A DNA stretch of 63,300 nucleotides, counting the filler, from Bigelowiella natans CCMP2755 (taxonomy: Eukaryota; Protista; Cercozoa): NCBI GenBank assembly GCA_000320545.1. It is 4 parts of 4 records of this genome, joined end to end, with 100 filler letters (N's around TTAATTAATTAA, not from the genome) between each part and the next. Parts side by side here need not be neighbours in the genome. Positions count along the whole stretch, not along the records: positions 29,327 to 59,996 come from ADNK01002879.1; positions 60,097 to 61,504 come from ADNK01002809.1; positions 61,605 to 63,300 come from ADNK01003697.1; 1 more part is not named here. One strand, 5' to 3'. A program made the translations under genes and the position numbers. Position 1 is the first letter of the stretch; each line of letters opens with the position of its first letter. The notes beneath the pieces are model-generated. The model was given only the letters and a program-made list of their open reading frames with translations. It searched no databases and was not told the DNA's origin. Positions 51,449 to 63,300 of this stretch are shown here, in pieces.

Positions 51449-52576
51449 ATGCTTGCATCCACCCGTCGAGCAATCGCCTCAGCGCCCTCGAAGACGATTC
51501 GAAGGAGTGCAACATGCCGTTTGTACATCCAAGGGCGTCTGTCTTTGTTTGGCGCTTCTCGCCTCTGTGCCGGCACACGTAGCGTCGCGACCGAGCAGCC
51601 CCGCCGCCCTCCCAACACAAGAGCTCAAAACTGCCCTATAACCGGTGAAGAGGTGCGGGAGGGAACGCGATCGATGATGCACTTCAGAGACTCTCCGCAT
51701 AGCCACCCCCTCAACGTGCCGAAGGCGTGGAAGAATCCGATGCAGAATCACGTCTGGGAGTCCCACGAGATCGAAGAACGACTCAAGTCTCTACCCACGC
51801 ACACGCCGGAGACGCTCTCGGATAAAATCATGCACTTTCTGGTGAAGACTGTGTTGTACAACGGCTTCAACCGGATAACAGGTTTTGACAAGGAGAATCC
51901 CACCGCACGCTCATGCGAGTGGCGCTTGATCATCCTCGAGTCAGTAGCGGGGGTGCCTGGGATGGTCGCGGCTTGCATGAGGCACTTCAGGTCTCTTCAC
52001 ACGCTGAAACGGGACTACGGCTGGATCCACACGCTTCTCGAGGAAGCTGAGAACGAGCGGATGCACCTGCTTGTGTGCCTGAAGATGTTCAATGCGGGGA
52101 TGTTTACGAGAACGATGGTTGCGGTGGCGCAGTACACGATGGTGGGGTTTTTGGGACTTATGTACATAATTCACCCAAAAGCCTTGCATCGGTTTGTGGG
52201 CTATCTTGAGGAGACGGCTTCGGACACGTACGCGAATCTTATCCGAAGTGTGCAGACGCCAGGCACGCACCTCCACCGGGACTGGAGTGGTCTCCGCGCG
52301 CCCTCCATTGCGGTGAATTACTGGCGGATGGAAGAGAACGCGATGTGGCTCGACGTATTGAAAAATCTGTTCGCGGACGAGACGAATCACCGCGACGTAA
52401 ATCACACTTTCGCTACGATGAAAAGCGACGATCCGAACCCGTTTGTCAACAAGCACCTAGAAGATGCTGCCAAGGCGTGGAGACTGCCCACCGACGTCAG
52501 TGATAGTAATGCGAAGTACACCTCCAAAAGTAGACTAGCTGAACCTGACAATGCATCGACGGCGGCCTTCCGATAA
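51449..52576 (+). CDS. AOX: Mitochondrial alternative oxidase (ubiquinol oxidase), intronless
   Basis: Arg/Ser-rich mitochondrial-type presequence. Di-iron motifs: LESVAGVPGMV, GWIHTLLEEAENERMHL, HRFVGYLEE, ADETNHRDVNH. Confidence 0.96.
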   Translation: MLASTRRAIASAPSKTIRRSATCRLYIQGRLSLFGASRLCAGTRSVATEQPRRPPNTRAQNCPITGEEVREGTRSMMHFRDSPHSHPLNVPKAWKNPMQNHVWESHEIEERLKSLPTHTPETLSDKIMHFLVKTVLYNGFNRITGFDKENPTARSCEWRLIILESVAGVPGMVAACMRHFRSLHTLKRDYGWIHTLLEEAENERMHLLVCLKMFNAGMFTRTMVAVAQYTMVGFLGLMYIIHPKALHRFVGYLEETASDTYANLIRSVQTPGTHLHRDWSGLRAPSIAVNYWRMEENAMWLDVLKNLFADETNHRDVNHTFATMKSDDPNPFVNKHLEDAAKAWRLPTDVSDSNAKYTSKSRLAEPDNASTAAFR

Positions 52577-52741
52577 AATATAAAAAGCTTGTTCATCAGT
52601 GTTACCCTATTTTGTCTAAGACACGCTCTTATAAACAGCGGGATCGCTGCCTTTAAATGCTTGCTCCCGTTTTTGAAACGTACAATGTTAGATTTGTGCA
52701 TGAATTTATCGCTCTATCGTCCACGTGACTTTCCAAAATTC

Positions 52742-52784
<43 letters not shown>

Positions 52785-52859
52785 TTATAAAAAAGAGTGA
52801 CAAAAGCTTGCTCTCATCATCATCCATATGTTGTATCATTTAGTTAGAAACTTTTGAGA

Positions 52860-53630
52860 CTCTAAGCTGCGCTAAAACATCCTGGGTCACCACACATATA
52901 AAGGAATATTGCATGTGATGCAATGAATTATATTGTCCAGAAAATTGCAACGCTGAACAGTAGCTTATACTGCTAGTCATAAAGTCTGTTGATGTGCGTG
53001 TTTGGCAAATTGGGCTGTTTCGCCGCGAATAGTGCCTCTAGCCCATGTTCGGTTTTGGAATTAATGCATCGGCTACAATAGTCTAGTAGTGGCTGTGGGC
53101 TATTTCATTTGTCCTCATCTTACGACACCTAGCGCTAATTAGCTAGTTAGCATGGCCAACAAGGTCGCACGCGCTAGCGCGCATGCCACAATTGCACACC
53201 GTCGCTACTACTTTGATGGACTCATTGTGGTCGACTGCTGCATGTGATCGATCAACGACGATGCACTTCAGTGGGCAATTCTAGAATTGACATGCTAGCA
53301 TGGATGCAGTAGTTCGAGTCACAACAAATTCATGATGGCATATGGTACAAAGCACACATGGGCATTTATTACACACGACTTTCTAGTTTTGGTATTGATC
53401 ACAGCAATTCAGCATGGCACTGCACCTGCTGCAGCTGCGTCTAGTGCGGGCTGCCTCCCATATGAACATTGTTCTCAATCTAGCAACAGCTAGACAGGCG
53501 GCAGCGAGCACAACGTTGATGACCAACCTGAGTCGCAACGTCGACCTAATCGAGTTGGGTGTGCATGGTATAGGTAGGTCTATAGATGCAGAATGTGACA
53601 ATTGCATCCATCTGCGACAATGGCACTACT
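52860..53630. repeat. TpA-depleted degenerate repeat block between the convergent AOX and GDAP2 genes
   Basis: catg/tgca/ctag-rich composition; no credible ORF. Confidence 0.4.
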
Positions 53631-53646
53631 TTTAGAGAACTTCCCT

Positions 53647-55215
53647 TCAGCCCCTCCTTGCAGCAGAGAATTTCTCATTGTAATACTTGATGTTAGTCAT
53701 CTGGTCATATTTGATCACGTGATCTGGAATGCGGACTTTTTTGCCGACGAACAGCTCCTCTTCATACATGTCCATGAGGTAGTGCACGTAGTTAACCTTG
53801 CGATAGAACTTCGAAGAGACGAATGGTCTCGCAAAGAAGAACAACGCTTTTACCCACCACGTGGGATGCACGAGGAACAAATTCTTCATGTTTTTCTTGT
53901 ATTTTCGGTTGAAGATTCCATACGCTTTGCGGATCCACGAATAGGACGGCTTGTTGGCAGCAGCGATGTTGGTGTGCACGTAAATGAGGACGTAGTCGAG
54001 GGACACCACAGGGTCCAACACGCGGATGATGTAGAGCAGAACTCTATCCATGTCCACATTCTCTGCAGGAAGATGCGACGCTACAAACACAACGATCGGC
54101 CGCCCTTTCGAGTCCTCGCCGCTTGTGTAGATGAATTGATATTTCTCGAGATCCTTCAGGTCCGCCTTCCTCGCCCGCGCTAGGTATTCCCGGTATTGAG
54201 CCTCTGCCTCTAACCTCGCTTGCTCCTTCTCCGACAGCTTCGAGTCCTGGTCCTTGCGGACAACATCGGGGTTTTCCTGGCGTTTGGCAAGAGAAGAATA
54301 TGTGCGTGGGGAGGAGCTCTCTGCTGCCGCAGGGTGGTTCTTATCTCCAGACCCCGAGGCGAATACGTCATCGAAACCGTCATCCCGACGGTCTCTGCTC
54401 GGGCCGATTCGAGACGCCACGTACTTGACCTCCTCGAGGGTTTGAGGCCCCGATGAAGACGAGGACATTAGATTCGATTTTATTCTTACCTCGCGCTCTT
54501 TGATCGTAGTTCCTCCGAGGGCATTTCCAACATCCTCGGGCAGCTCCGCCACCGCGTTCTGCTCCTCGCCCCGCGACCTCGGGAAGTAGAGGGGTAGGAC
54601 AGCACTATACACAGCAAGATCCGACTCGCTGTCCATGGCAAGGACTACGAGCTCAACTTTGCTCCCGTATTTCTCCAAGAACCTGCGGATTGTGCGCACC
54701 GCGATATGGCATGCCTGCTCCTTCGGGTAGCCTTTTGCCTCCGTGTTGACGACGCAGAAGGCGATGGACTTGCACTTTAACTCCACGACTTGCTCTAGAC
54801 ATCTCCGGTAGCAGGAGTGGAGGGCGTTCTCGGCAGCGGTGAGGTACTTCACGCTAAATCGAGGCCCGACGGTGTGGATGACGTGAGGGGCAGGGAGGCG
54901 GTAACCTTTTGTCACAATGGCATCGCCCGTGTGGCAGCCCTCCGACGCACGGCACTCCAGTGTGAGCTGAGGCCCGGCCCGCGAGAAGATCCGCCGGGAA
55001 ATCCCCGCGCGCTCGGTGAGACGCTCGTTAGTTGAATTGACTATCGCTCCTACATCGAGACTGCACAAGTCGCCCTCCCATAACACTATCTTCGCGTTCA
55101 GGTCTGGCCTGCAGGGAAACCGACTCCCTTCGATCTTCTCGGTAGCGTCAGAGTCGGAATTGCTTCCCCCCCCCCACCGCTTTAGAGTCGAAGGGTCGGT
55201 GATGCGGCTGGACAT
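53647..55215 (-). CDS. GDAP2: GDAP2-like protein (macro domain + CRAL-TRIO/BCH domain), intronless
   Basis: Macro domain: KIVLWEGDLCSLDVGAIVNSTNE..AGP..CHTGDAIVTKGYRLPAPHVIHTVGP..LHSCYRRCL..YPKEQACHIAVRTIRRFLE..LPLYFPRS. C-terminal domain: SGEDSKGRPIVVFVA..YKKNMKNLFLVHPT..PFVSSKFYRKVNYV. Confidence 0.95.
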   Translation of the reverse strand: MSSRITDPSTLKRWGGGSNSDSDATEKIEGSRFPCRPDLNAKIVLWEGDLCSLDVGAIVNSTNERLTERAGISRRIFSRAGPQLTLECRASEGCHTGDAIVTKGYRLPAPHVIHTVGPRFSVKYLTAAENALHSCYRRCLEQVVELKCKSIAFCVVNTEAKGYPKEQACHIAVRTIRRFLEKYGSKVELVVLAMDSESDLAVYSAVLPLYFPRSRGEEQNAVAELPEDVGNALGGTTIKEREVRIKSNLMSSSSSGPQTLEEVKYVASRIGPSRDRRDDGFDDVFASGSGDKNHPAAAESSSPRTYSSLAKRQENPDVVRKDQDSKLSEKEQARLEAEAQYREYLARARKADLKDLEKYQFIYTSGEDSKGRPIVVFVASHLPAENVDMDRVLLYIIRVLDPVVSLDYVLIYVHTNIAAANKPSYSWIRKAYGIFNRKYKKNMKNLFLVHPTWWVKALFFFARPFVSSKFYRKVNYVHYLMDMYEEELFVGKKVRIPDHVIKYDQMTNIKYYNEKFSAARRG

Positions 55216-55522
55216 GGGAACCAGTTTGTCGGGACCACGTCCTCCTTCCTATTTCTGCAAGCAAAACGCGCCCATTTCCACCTAAATCATCAATAACTCA
55301 ATGTCGCAGTTGAAAAGTGACCACAATTTACAATGAGTTTTTGTAGGAAGAAAATTACACCAGAAACATCTGGGGAATTCTCTCTCGAAGTTGGATCGGC
55401 CTTCGATCGAGAAGCGTCGTCCTGCGACTTAAAGATATCGTTGTCGCAAGGTATTATTCGCATATGTTTTTCACTACTAGAGATACATCGGCATACTCGA
55501 GCATCGGTCCGGTTTGAGCACC

Positions 55523-56824
55523 ATGGCGGCCGCGTTGTGCTGGCGGACTCCGATCCTGCTGCACAACGTGTGCATGGGCCCCGTCGCGGATTCATCCTTC
55601 ATGGCGCTTCTCGCCATTCACCTGTTGGCAAACTCACTGGTAGAACGGAATAGCGATGCGGAGAATGAGTAGCCATTTGTGCCCTCCCCCCATTTGTAAC
55701 GCGAAAATGATCGATTATTTGGTGTAGCTGCTCGTGTTTGGGCCCATTGCGCTCTTTTCGGATCGCAGAAGCTCGTGGCATCGAAAAGCTGGATACATAT
55801 TTATTTACTGCATGGTGGCCTCGATGACGGCGGGATTGGTATGCATTAGTTTGCTTACAACAACGAACACAGACAACTCTTGTGGCTATCGGAATTGCAT
55901 AATAAGATGCTCGCCCCTCTCCCCTCCACACTTCTTCATCATATAACAATCGCTTTCATCCATCGCTTCCATAACTACTGTAGGGAATGATAGCGATTAG
56001 AACTGCTATTGAGGGCCTTTCCGGATCTCAGGGCTTCAGCGGGGCTGTAAATATGTAAAAGCATCATAAATCATACGAATATCAGTAGTCTCGAAACTCA
56101 ACATTTCCCCTCCTCTCAAATCCTTTCTCAATAACATATCTACGCAATATGATCACCGTCGCGTCATTCCATCCGTCGAATTTCTCCAGGTATTTTATGT
56201 TCATAGCATTTGCGGGTTTTGACTTCATCTTCCAGGTAGCGCCAATTCAAAATTATCAGCAACTTGCTCGCCCCCAATTCTTGACAAATGTCAAGCAAAT
56301 CGGCACTATAAGCATGCGTTTTATTTCCTAGGCTATTCTGGTCGGGGTCTGGCAAATGAATTCTTTCCTATTCACGGCAATCCCAACCGCGAACATGTGG
56401 GGAAATAGTATTTCGACGAAGTTATGACCGTAAAGCTTGCTTCATCTTCGTAAATTTATATTGGGCGAATATGCACTGAATCGTGTGAGCAAACTGCGCG
56501 GCGTTAGCGGACCATAAATTTACTTACTTGTTGCTTACTTAGCATCTTGGGAGCCGTGGTTTGGTTCAGATTCGGCATTCTACCGGAGGTAAAATCGAGG
56601 ACTAAGAGAGCACGTTTTGCGAAGAGTGAAAGACCCTCCTAAACATAGCTCGCGCATTTGGCTTTTTGGGTCGAGCAACAAGTGGTTTTCTATGAGAGAG
56701 CGAGCATGTGCTGGCCATCATCTTCATCTGTATCACACGCCGTGATATCTCGATGAAGGCATGATGAATCCTCCCATGCAGCGCAACAACAGCAACAGTC
56801 TATATAGATAATCATCAGCCGCAG

Positions 56825-56866
<42 letters not shown>

Positions 56867-58051
56867 TATATAGCCTTTCTTTCTTCTAGGTCGTTGCCTC
56901 AGATCCACAGCCGTGGCGGATGTTTGAGCCGATCATTGTACGTGTCACACCACAATGATGCACTTGCTGTGAGTAGACAAAGTTTCTATGGTTGACAGAC
57001 TTAGAGCTCTACACTCCTTGCCTCCCCCCCCCCCCCCCCCACCCCTTAGTAGCGAGTTGGACCAAACCAATCAACCGACGAACATTTACTGCATTTCTAG
57101 GCACTCTTCGCTCCTGTGTACATGGTCTTCGAGGCCCAGAACGCTCGGTTTCATCTCGATTCATCTGTCCGATGGCTCTTAGGCCAGCGCGCAAAGCGAA
57201 AGAGCAGCGAGCAGTACATAGTCCATCATCAGATTAATATGAAGGTTTGGCACCATGCCTCTCACGTAACAATAACCACTACAAGAACAACAACAGCAGA
57301 AACTGTTAGACTAATTTTTGAAAGTAGATTCGTAAATACGATAGCAGCGTTAATTGCCCCTCTTCCACTGTAGTCTTTGAAATTCACGTCGTTAGTGCAG
57401 GGAATATTGTAGTTACATGAAAAACGCGCATTCAGTCGTTTTCGTCCCCCCCCCCCCTCCCTCTCCTGCCATCTTCTGGCCAGATCTGCCTGGCAATAGT
57501 TTTCTCGATATTCCTTGGCGATCTTTGCATAAATCGGTTCTGGAATCTGGTATACAAGAGATGATGCGATTGTGCAATATGGTCGATGATGATGATGATG
57601 ATGGTGATGATGAAGAGAAAGTTAACATCGCGAATTAAAGACCGAGGGCAAAACTGCAACTCACATCACAGCTCGGCTGCTTCTGTTTTTGACGCGAATA
57701 ATGCAATGCGGTGCTGTTTCTCGTTTCCCTTCGTCCATATTTTCAGTTATTTCTCCATCCTCAAGAATGCCCAATTGATGCGATTAGGCCTTGGCGGTGC
57801 CTTCCTTTGGCGGAGTCCGCTGTGTGGTTTTCGTAGCCTTTGCTTTACCGCTGCTGATACCATTGCAAGAATGGATTGCGCCAACTGCCAATGCCGAAAA
57901 TGAAAACAATGCGGATTTTGTTCCTGCAGATGCTCTAGTGACGGCTACCTATGGATCTATCTCCGACCAAAAGCGCACAGATATTCGTCGTGTTTACATG
58001 TATAGTGATGACAGGCATGAGGGCCGGGATGATGATGATCAGTTGCTTTGA
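55523..58051 (+). CDS. DUF2306-like multipass membrane protein, multi-exon; internal exons approximate
   Basis: MALLAIHLLANSL|LLVFGPIALFSDRRSSWHRKAGYIFIYCMVASMTAGL resembles the DUF2306 H..G.......H+..G..Y...M pattern. Later hydrophobic exons (YFMFIAFAGFDFIFQ; AILVGVWQMNSFLF; ..YIVHHQINMK; ICLAIVFSIFLG; VVFVAFALPLLIPL) lead to a stop at 58051. Confidence 0.6.
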
Positions 58052-58745
58052 CAGATGTAGTCATTGTTTATGACTTTCCTCTTTCACTTATTACGCGATG
58101 AGCCACCTATGCACACGCGTGCATTCATGCAAATAATCTAGTAATGAACGGTCGTGATGCTATTCTGAAGGCGAAAGTTGTCTACGCACACATGCAATAT
58201 CGACAGAATCTAGAGCACGCGTATGTGCATGTGCATCCTCGTAAGAACCAAGCAATGGAGATGAGAGCGCTAGTTGTTGAAAGTGTATCATCAAAGAGGA
58301 ATATATTATTCCAGGCTAGCAGGGGGGGTGGAAAGAAAGATGACAGACATTGTAGATCAATTTCAAGTAATGTCTGAAATGTCGGCATGAAGGAGGGGGG
58401 AAGGAGAAACTAATCTATCCGAACAAGCGATGTACAATAGTCGAAACATGCGCACGTTAACATGACAACATGGGTCCATTCAGGCGCGTATGTGTGCGTA
58501 CTCGTTTATTTACACACCAGGCTCTCATTGAGAGCAGTGTACAAGCGATTATCATTAACAACGCACACAAGTTAGCAAGACGAGCCAAGTAGGAACATCC
58601 CTTAGGCCTTACCACTTTGCCGTCTGGCTACATGCTAGGTATTGCGCGCATATGTGAGACAGATTTAATGAAATAATTACATTTTAATCAACAGTCATCC
58701 TACTGTAGCTATACACATGTATTCCTATCTTGATATAGATATACA

Positions 58746-58782
<37 letters not shown>

Positions 58783-58921
58783 TATACACATAGAACAGTA
58801 TATCGGCAGTCTCATGAACGTGAATGTAGCATTGTGAGGATATACAACTTTAGTGGTTACGGACTACGCAGTATCCAAAATCGCTAGCACATACACGTGG
58901 CGTCTGGTCTCATTCTGCAGC

Positions 58922-59210
58922 CTAGACGCGCTTGAGCTCGACGATGTTAGCATACCCGGAATGACTTGCAGAGTACAGGCACACTATCAAATCGCCCTCC
59001 TCCAGCAAAGAGTCCATTTGGGACTCGATTGCTGCCTTGATACGAATGTTGGCACTTGGTTTCTCATCTGTTTGCATCAGTGGACGGTAGCGACAGCAAG
59101 GAAGAGGATGCAGCGGTATTAGCGATGGTACACGCCACACAACGGTGTTGTAGTTACGGCATGTATGAGTCATTTAGAAGCACAAAGTATAGCATGCAAT
59201 ATATATATAT

Positions 59211-59253
<43 letters not shown>

Positions 59254-59856
59254 ATATTATATCTTTTCTATCTTAATGAAAGCGCCCTTAGCGACTAAAC
59301 AATCTAAGATTTGGGAGAAATAGCCATCAAAACTCTCCTTTCTCCGGAAAATCACAAGCGAATACTACTACTACAGCAGTAGCCTCCAAGTTCAAGCTAG
59401 AAAAAGCCAAGCTTGCGGCTGGCAAGCAGTCAGAGCACATCTCCCATCTCCCACATCGAATGCCGCCGAAACGGGAAGCGTGGGAGCCATGGACGCAAAC
59501 GCCATTGCGCGCATACCTCCCTCCTCGTAGAGAATGACATGTATTCCAAAGGTGACTTGCAGGTGCTTTGCGACGTGGGTGTTGGTGCTTCCAATCACCG
59601 CCATCACCGGACAGCTTGGACGATACCTAAGACACATCGCCGAGACGTCTATTCAGACTCCCATCGCCGCTGCGACTTCGGAAAACCAATCACACTCGCC
59701 GCCGCATCGGTGTTGCTTCTAGGATTGATGATGGCGCAGTGCGCAGTGCGCAGTGCGCGACCTCGAAACCAACCGCGCAGTGGTCCCCGTGTTCGTGAGG
59801 ACCAGTATCGCCTTGCAGCTCTGATCCTGCGCGTATGCGACGAGATTATTGAAAGA
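58922..59856 (-). CDS. PYK: Pyruvate kinase, C-terminal alpha/beta (PK_C) domain exons; 5' part lost in the gap
   Basis: SFNNLVAYAQDQSCKAILVLTNTGTTARLVSR|YRPSCPVMAVIGSTNTHVAKHLQVTFGIHVILYE..|NIRIKAAIESQMDSLLEEGDLIVCLYSASHSGYANIVELKRV* matches PK_C (AIIVLTxSGxTAxxVSRYRPxxPI..GD.VV......G.TN). Confidence 0.82.
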
Positions 59857-59996
59857 GGGAGAGGGGGGGAGGGGGGGGGGGGGGGGGGGTGTGCCGGGTT
59901 TTTTTCAAATTTTTAAAAAACTGTTTGGGGCCCAAACTATATATTTTGATATATAAAATTTTGGTAAAAATAAGGGTTACGGGAAAAAATTTTACT

Positions 59997-60096
59997 NNNN
60001 NNNNNNNNNNNNNNNNNNNNNNNNNNNNNNNNNNNNNNNNTTAATTAATTAANNNNNNNNNNNNNNNNNNNNNNNNNNNNNNNNNNNNNNNNNNNN
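59997..60096. other. Assembly gap/contig linker (N44-TTAATTAATTAA-N44)
   Basis: Identical artificial 100-nt linker. Confidence 0.97.
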
Positions 60097-60111
60097 TAAA
60101 TATGTATATGT

Positions 60112-60149
<38 letters not shown>

Positions 60150-60438
60150 TTTATGGATGCGTATCTTTCTTTTGACACATATGATGAGCCATGGCGGAGC
60201 ATTATCATTCGATATTCTCTTCCCAGGTGGCAGGGGCGCCTCTCCTCTTACTACCGCGTGACTTTAGTAATTCCGTGCCAGAGAGTTTTATCGTGCACGA
60301 GGCCATGGCCTTTGTGTGCGGGGGAGAGAGAGGCGGTGAGTGATGATTGATTCATGATGGTGATGAGAATTCCGCATAACGAAGGCAGTAATGATGACGA
60401 TGGGTGATAGGCAATCGATTTTAAATACAAATTTATTC

Positions 60439-60478
<40 letters not shown>

Positions 60479-60865
60479 GCATCTAACCAGGCCTAAGAAA
60501 CGGATAGAAGTATCTTGTATTATTGCCCCCCCCCCCTCTCGGTACCTACAAAATGACGCAAAAACACAGTCACAACAAACCACCAAGGACAGCCTTTTTT
60601 AATAAACATATAAATATGGCAAGAGAGAGGAGGAGGAGGAGGAGTGTGAAAAGAAGAGGGGGAGGGGAGGGGAGGAAAGGCGAGTTAGATCAAAACTAGA
60701 AACGCCTCGAAAACATCGACGCTCCAACAAGGCAATGCTATCCTCTCCTCTCCAATCATTGACGAATATATTATACATATATAAACAATATATATATATA
60801 TATATATAAATATATATATACATGTATGGGATTGTACATATATGCTCAAGAGAGCTGTCATCACT

Positions 60866-60909
<44 letters not shown>

Positions 60910-61504
60910 TATATATAAATCTTTCCGTTTTCTTGTGAATGCAATTGAACATATCGATGGCAGCAATACTACATTAGCATAGTCAACGCTAGGATCGGAT
61001 GACAATAACTCGCCCCTCAAGCCCCTGATATTGTCGTTGTCACAGGTACTTCAACCGTTGCATTCGGGGGGGGGGGGAAGCGAGGAAATCCTCGCAAAAT
61101 TTTTTATTTCCTTTCTGTCCTTCCCCTCTAGATCTCCATCAGCCCCCCCCCCCAAAATCCCCCTCTCTCCCACCCCTTCCTTCCGCGGACTCACATCTTG
61201 GCGATGTCGGAACCCTGGGGGAGAAAGAAGAGGTCTCCATCCTGGGGCGGGATGAGGGAGGATTCACATTCAATCCCCGTTAGAGCCAAAACGTGCAATA
61301 CAGCTTCTGCGCGTCGCGGAGTTTCCTTTCGAGGTCTTGCCTTTCCAGTAGCCACGAGCGGGGAAAGGAGGGAGGGGAAAAGTGACATAGGGGTTGGGCC
61401 GCCAATGATTACGTCCGTGGAAGTTCTTACTTTACAACATGTTTTAACTGTCTTTTTACTTTCTACTATCGAGAAGAGGATCGCGATGAGATTTAGGTCA
61501 TGAC

Positions 61505-61604
61505 NNNNNNNNNNNNNNNNNNNNNNNNNNNNNNNNNNNNNNNNNNNNTTAATTAATTAANNNNNNNNNNNNNNNNNNNNNNNNNNNNNNNNNNNNNNNN
61601 NNNN
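61505..61604. other. Assembly gap/contig linker (N44-TTAATTAATTAA-N44)
   Basis: Identical artificial 100-nt linker. Confidence 0.97.
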
Positions 61605-61885
61605 TCGCTCTTCTTTCCGCCTTTGGCGTTGGAATGGGGATGGGGGCGGGGAAATAGGGATAGTTCCCCGCGCGTGGTTCGGAGCGTAACGGGTGGCATG
61701 AAGCTGCCGCTCTCGATCTGATTTGGAGATGACAACCAAGGAATGACAAAGAGGAGAACAGATGAGGATATTTCTGGACGAATTATTGCTTCATAACTTT
61801 AAAAAAAAAGGCAATTTGGGAAAGCGGCGCTGAGGATCTTGCGTATGTCCTGTATACGCGATGCGGACGATACGGGCATTGCGCT

Positions 61886-62706
61886 TCACGACAGCCAGGA
61901 TCCACTGCGCAGCAGAAAAAGCCGCGAGCGGCAGCATATTACATGATTCGCAGAATGGCCGGTTTCTGAGCTTGGATGCCCAAACCCTGCTGAAAGGTGA
62001 TGAGGGTATCTCTCGTCACGATGGCTTAGACGACGATGATGATGGTGCTCTCCGCGCTTAAAACGACGACGCTCTTTACGGTGCGGCCGAGGATGTCGAA
62101 GCTTCTTCGGTCGGTCATTTTGCTCCTTTTTATGAGCGGCTGGAGAGGCTGCAGGGCTGTTAGGCATCGAGAAACGAAGGGCCTCTCTGTTTTTGTTACG
62201 GAAACGAAATAGCGTGGCGTTTTCATGGTGAGGCTTATTCTTCTCATGCGGACCCCTCTCCGCAATTCTCACAATTGTTTCCGTTACGGCTTCGACTGGG
62301 AGGAAGAGGGGGGCGGCTATCGCCGTTGGCTTGTACGATTCGTCAGCATGCGGTAGTGGCTCTGGGATGCTCAAGGGAAGCGACACCCCCTCCGATATCA
62401 CCTGCAGTGTGGATGGTGCATTTCTCGCATTATATTGAAATAGAGGAAGTGCGAATATCGCTCGGATCATATCATAATCCCAGGGTTTTTATCCTCACCC
62501 TCATTCCACACATCCATCGTTCCCTCCTGCTCTCTCTCTCTCTCTCTCTCTCCCCCCCCCCCCCCCTCCCCCTCCTTCTACCTGGTAGGCGCGAGCGATC
62601 AAAATCCATCCTTGTAGAAAAGCTAGCCAACGCACCGAGCAAATCGCTCTCATGTCCTTGGATCTGTGTCTGTCCCCCCCTTACCTAGACCGGTCGCTTT
62701 CGCCAT
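61886..62706 (-). CDS. Possible 5' part of a hypothetical gene with a basic/His-rich exon
   Basis: ATG GCG AAA GCG ACC GGT CTA G|gtaagg at ~62706, and a long exon-like ORF after cactgcag (VISEGVSLPLSIPEPL..KKLRHPRPHRKERRRFKRGEHHHH). Splicing not resolved. Confidence 0.3.
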
Positions 62707-63300
62707 TTTTTTCGAAAATTCAAAATAATCATGAAATTGGAAATTACCGCCTTCTATTTTGGCAAGCGACATGTTGATCGGAACGGATTCTAATTTGAAA
62801 CCAACGGCGTTTCTGGCTGTAGCTCTCTTGTACTCGCCAAGCGAGGCTTATATTTAGGCGTGGAATACCCTAGTAAATTGCGAGGTTGCTGAATATTTCA
62901 TGTGTTTTCCGAGAAGAATCTATCGCAGAGGAAACATCATCTATCGAATATATACCATTAATATTGTAATATTTATTTCTAAAAACGAAGTAGAAGATAC
63001 CTGTCGCAGAGGCAAGACCCCCACTGGCGAACCGGACCGACTCCGGGTCCAGAGGTGGGGGAGGGGAGGGGAGGGGAGGGGGTATACGCTTTAGTCTCTT
63101 GCTCTCTGAATTCCGGTTTCATCTATTGGTAGGTGAATATTCAATACAATGGGGTCGTCGTCCTCCTCCTCTAAAGAGAGCGCTGCTGTGTGGAGGCAAA
63201 GATACTATGAGCTAAAGTCACAAACGGACACGGGCCATACGCGAATTATTTGGTTTGACAGCATGGGATTCTCCGATGTCTCCCCCCCCACCCCCCTCCT

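Noticed and set aside
53602-54183. 193-aa plus-strand ORF, and the antisense ORFs over AOX
   Set aside because: Shadow ORFs antisense to the well-supported GDAP2 and AOX coding sequences.
60227-61503. Exon-like pieces on the short contig between two gaps (VAGAPLLLLPRDFSNSVPESFIVHEAMAFVCGEREA)
   Set aside because: Probably part of a gene, but too fragmentary to assign structure or product, and not pyruvate kinase-like.

Overview
This is intron-dense nuclear DNA from a eukaryote, probably a protist; the style is compatible with a chlorarachniophyte such as Bigelowiella, but that assignment is inference only. Most introns carry microsatellites, which produce most of the spurious ORFs in the track. 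Three artificial N/TTAATTAATTAA/N contig linkers are present. Genes recognised by splicing exons by hand: the 5' part of PMS2/MutL; a CitE/CLYBL citrate lyase beta-like gene; an L-type lectin-EGF-PSI-multipass membrane protein; an ankyrin-coiled coil-kinase-RBR-like zinc-finger gene; an intronless alternative oxidase; an intronless GDAP2 (macro + CRAL-TRIO); a DUF2306-like membrane protein; the 3' end of a pyruvate kinase; and several unassigned multi-exon genes. The most interesting observations are three. (1) The ankyrin kinase encodes each repeat as one 99-nt phase-1 exon inside a ~412-bp tandem unit, and the units are mosaics that vary mainly at ankyrin binding-surface positions, suggesting a shuffled receptor coupled to kinase and ubiquitin-ligase modules. 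(2) Repeat-like intergenic blocks show a TpA->TpG/CpA substitution signature that largely spares CTAG, suggesting a RIP-like process of reverse polarity. (3) One such block holds an intronless, degraded BCS1-type AAA ATPase fragment that may be of giant-virus origin.
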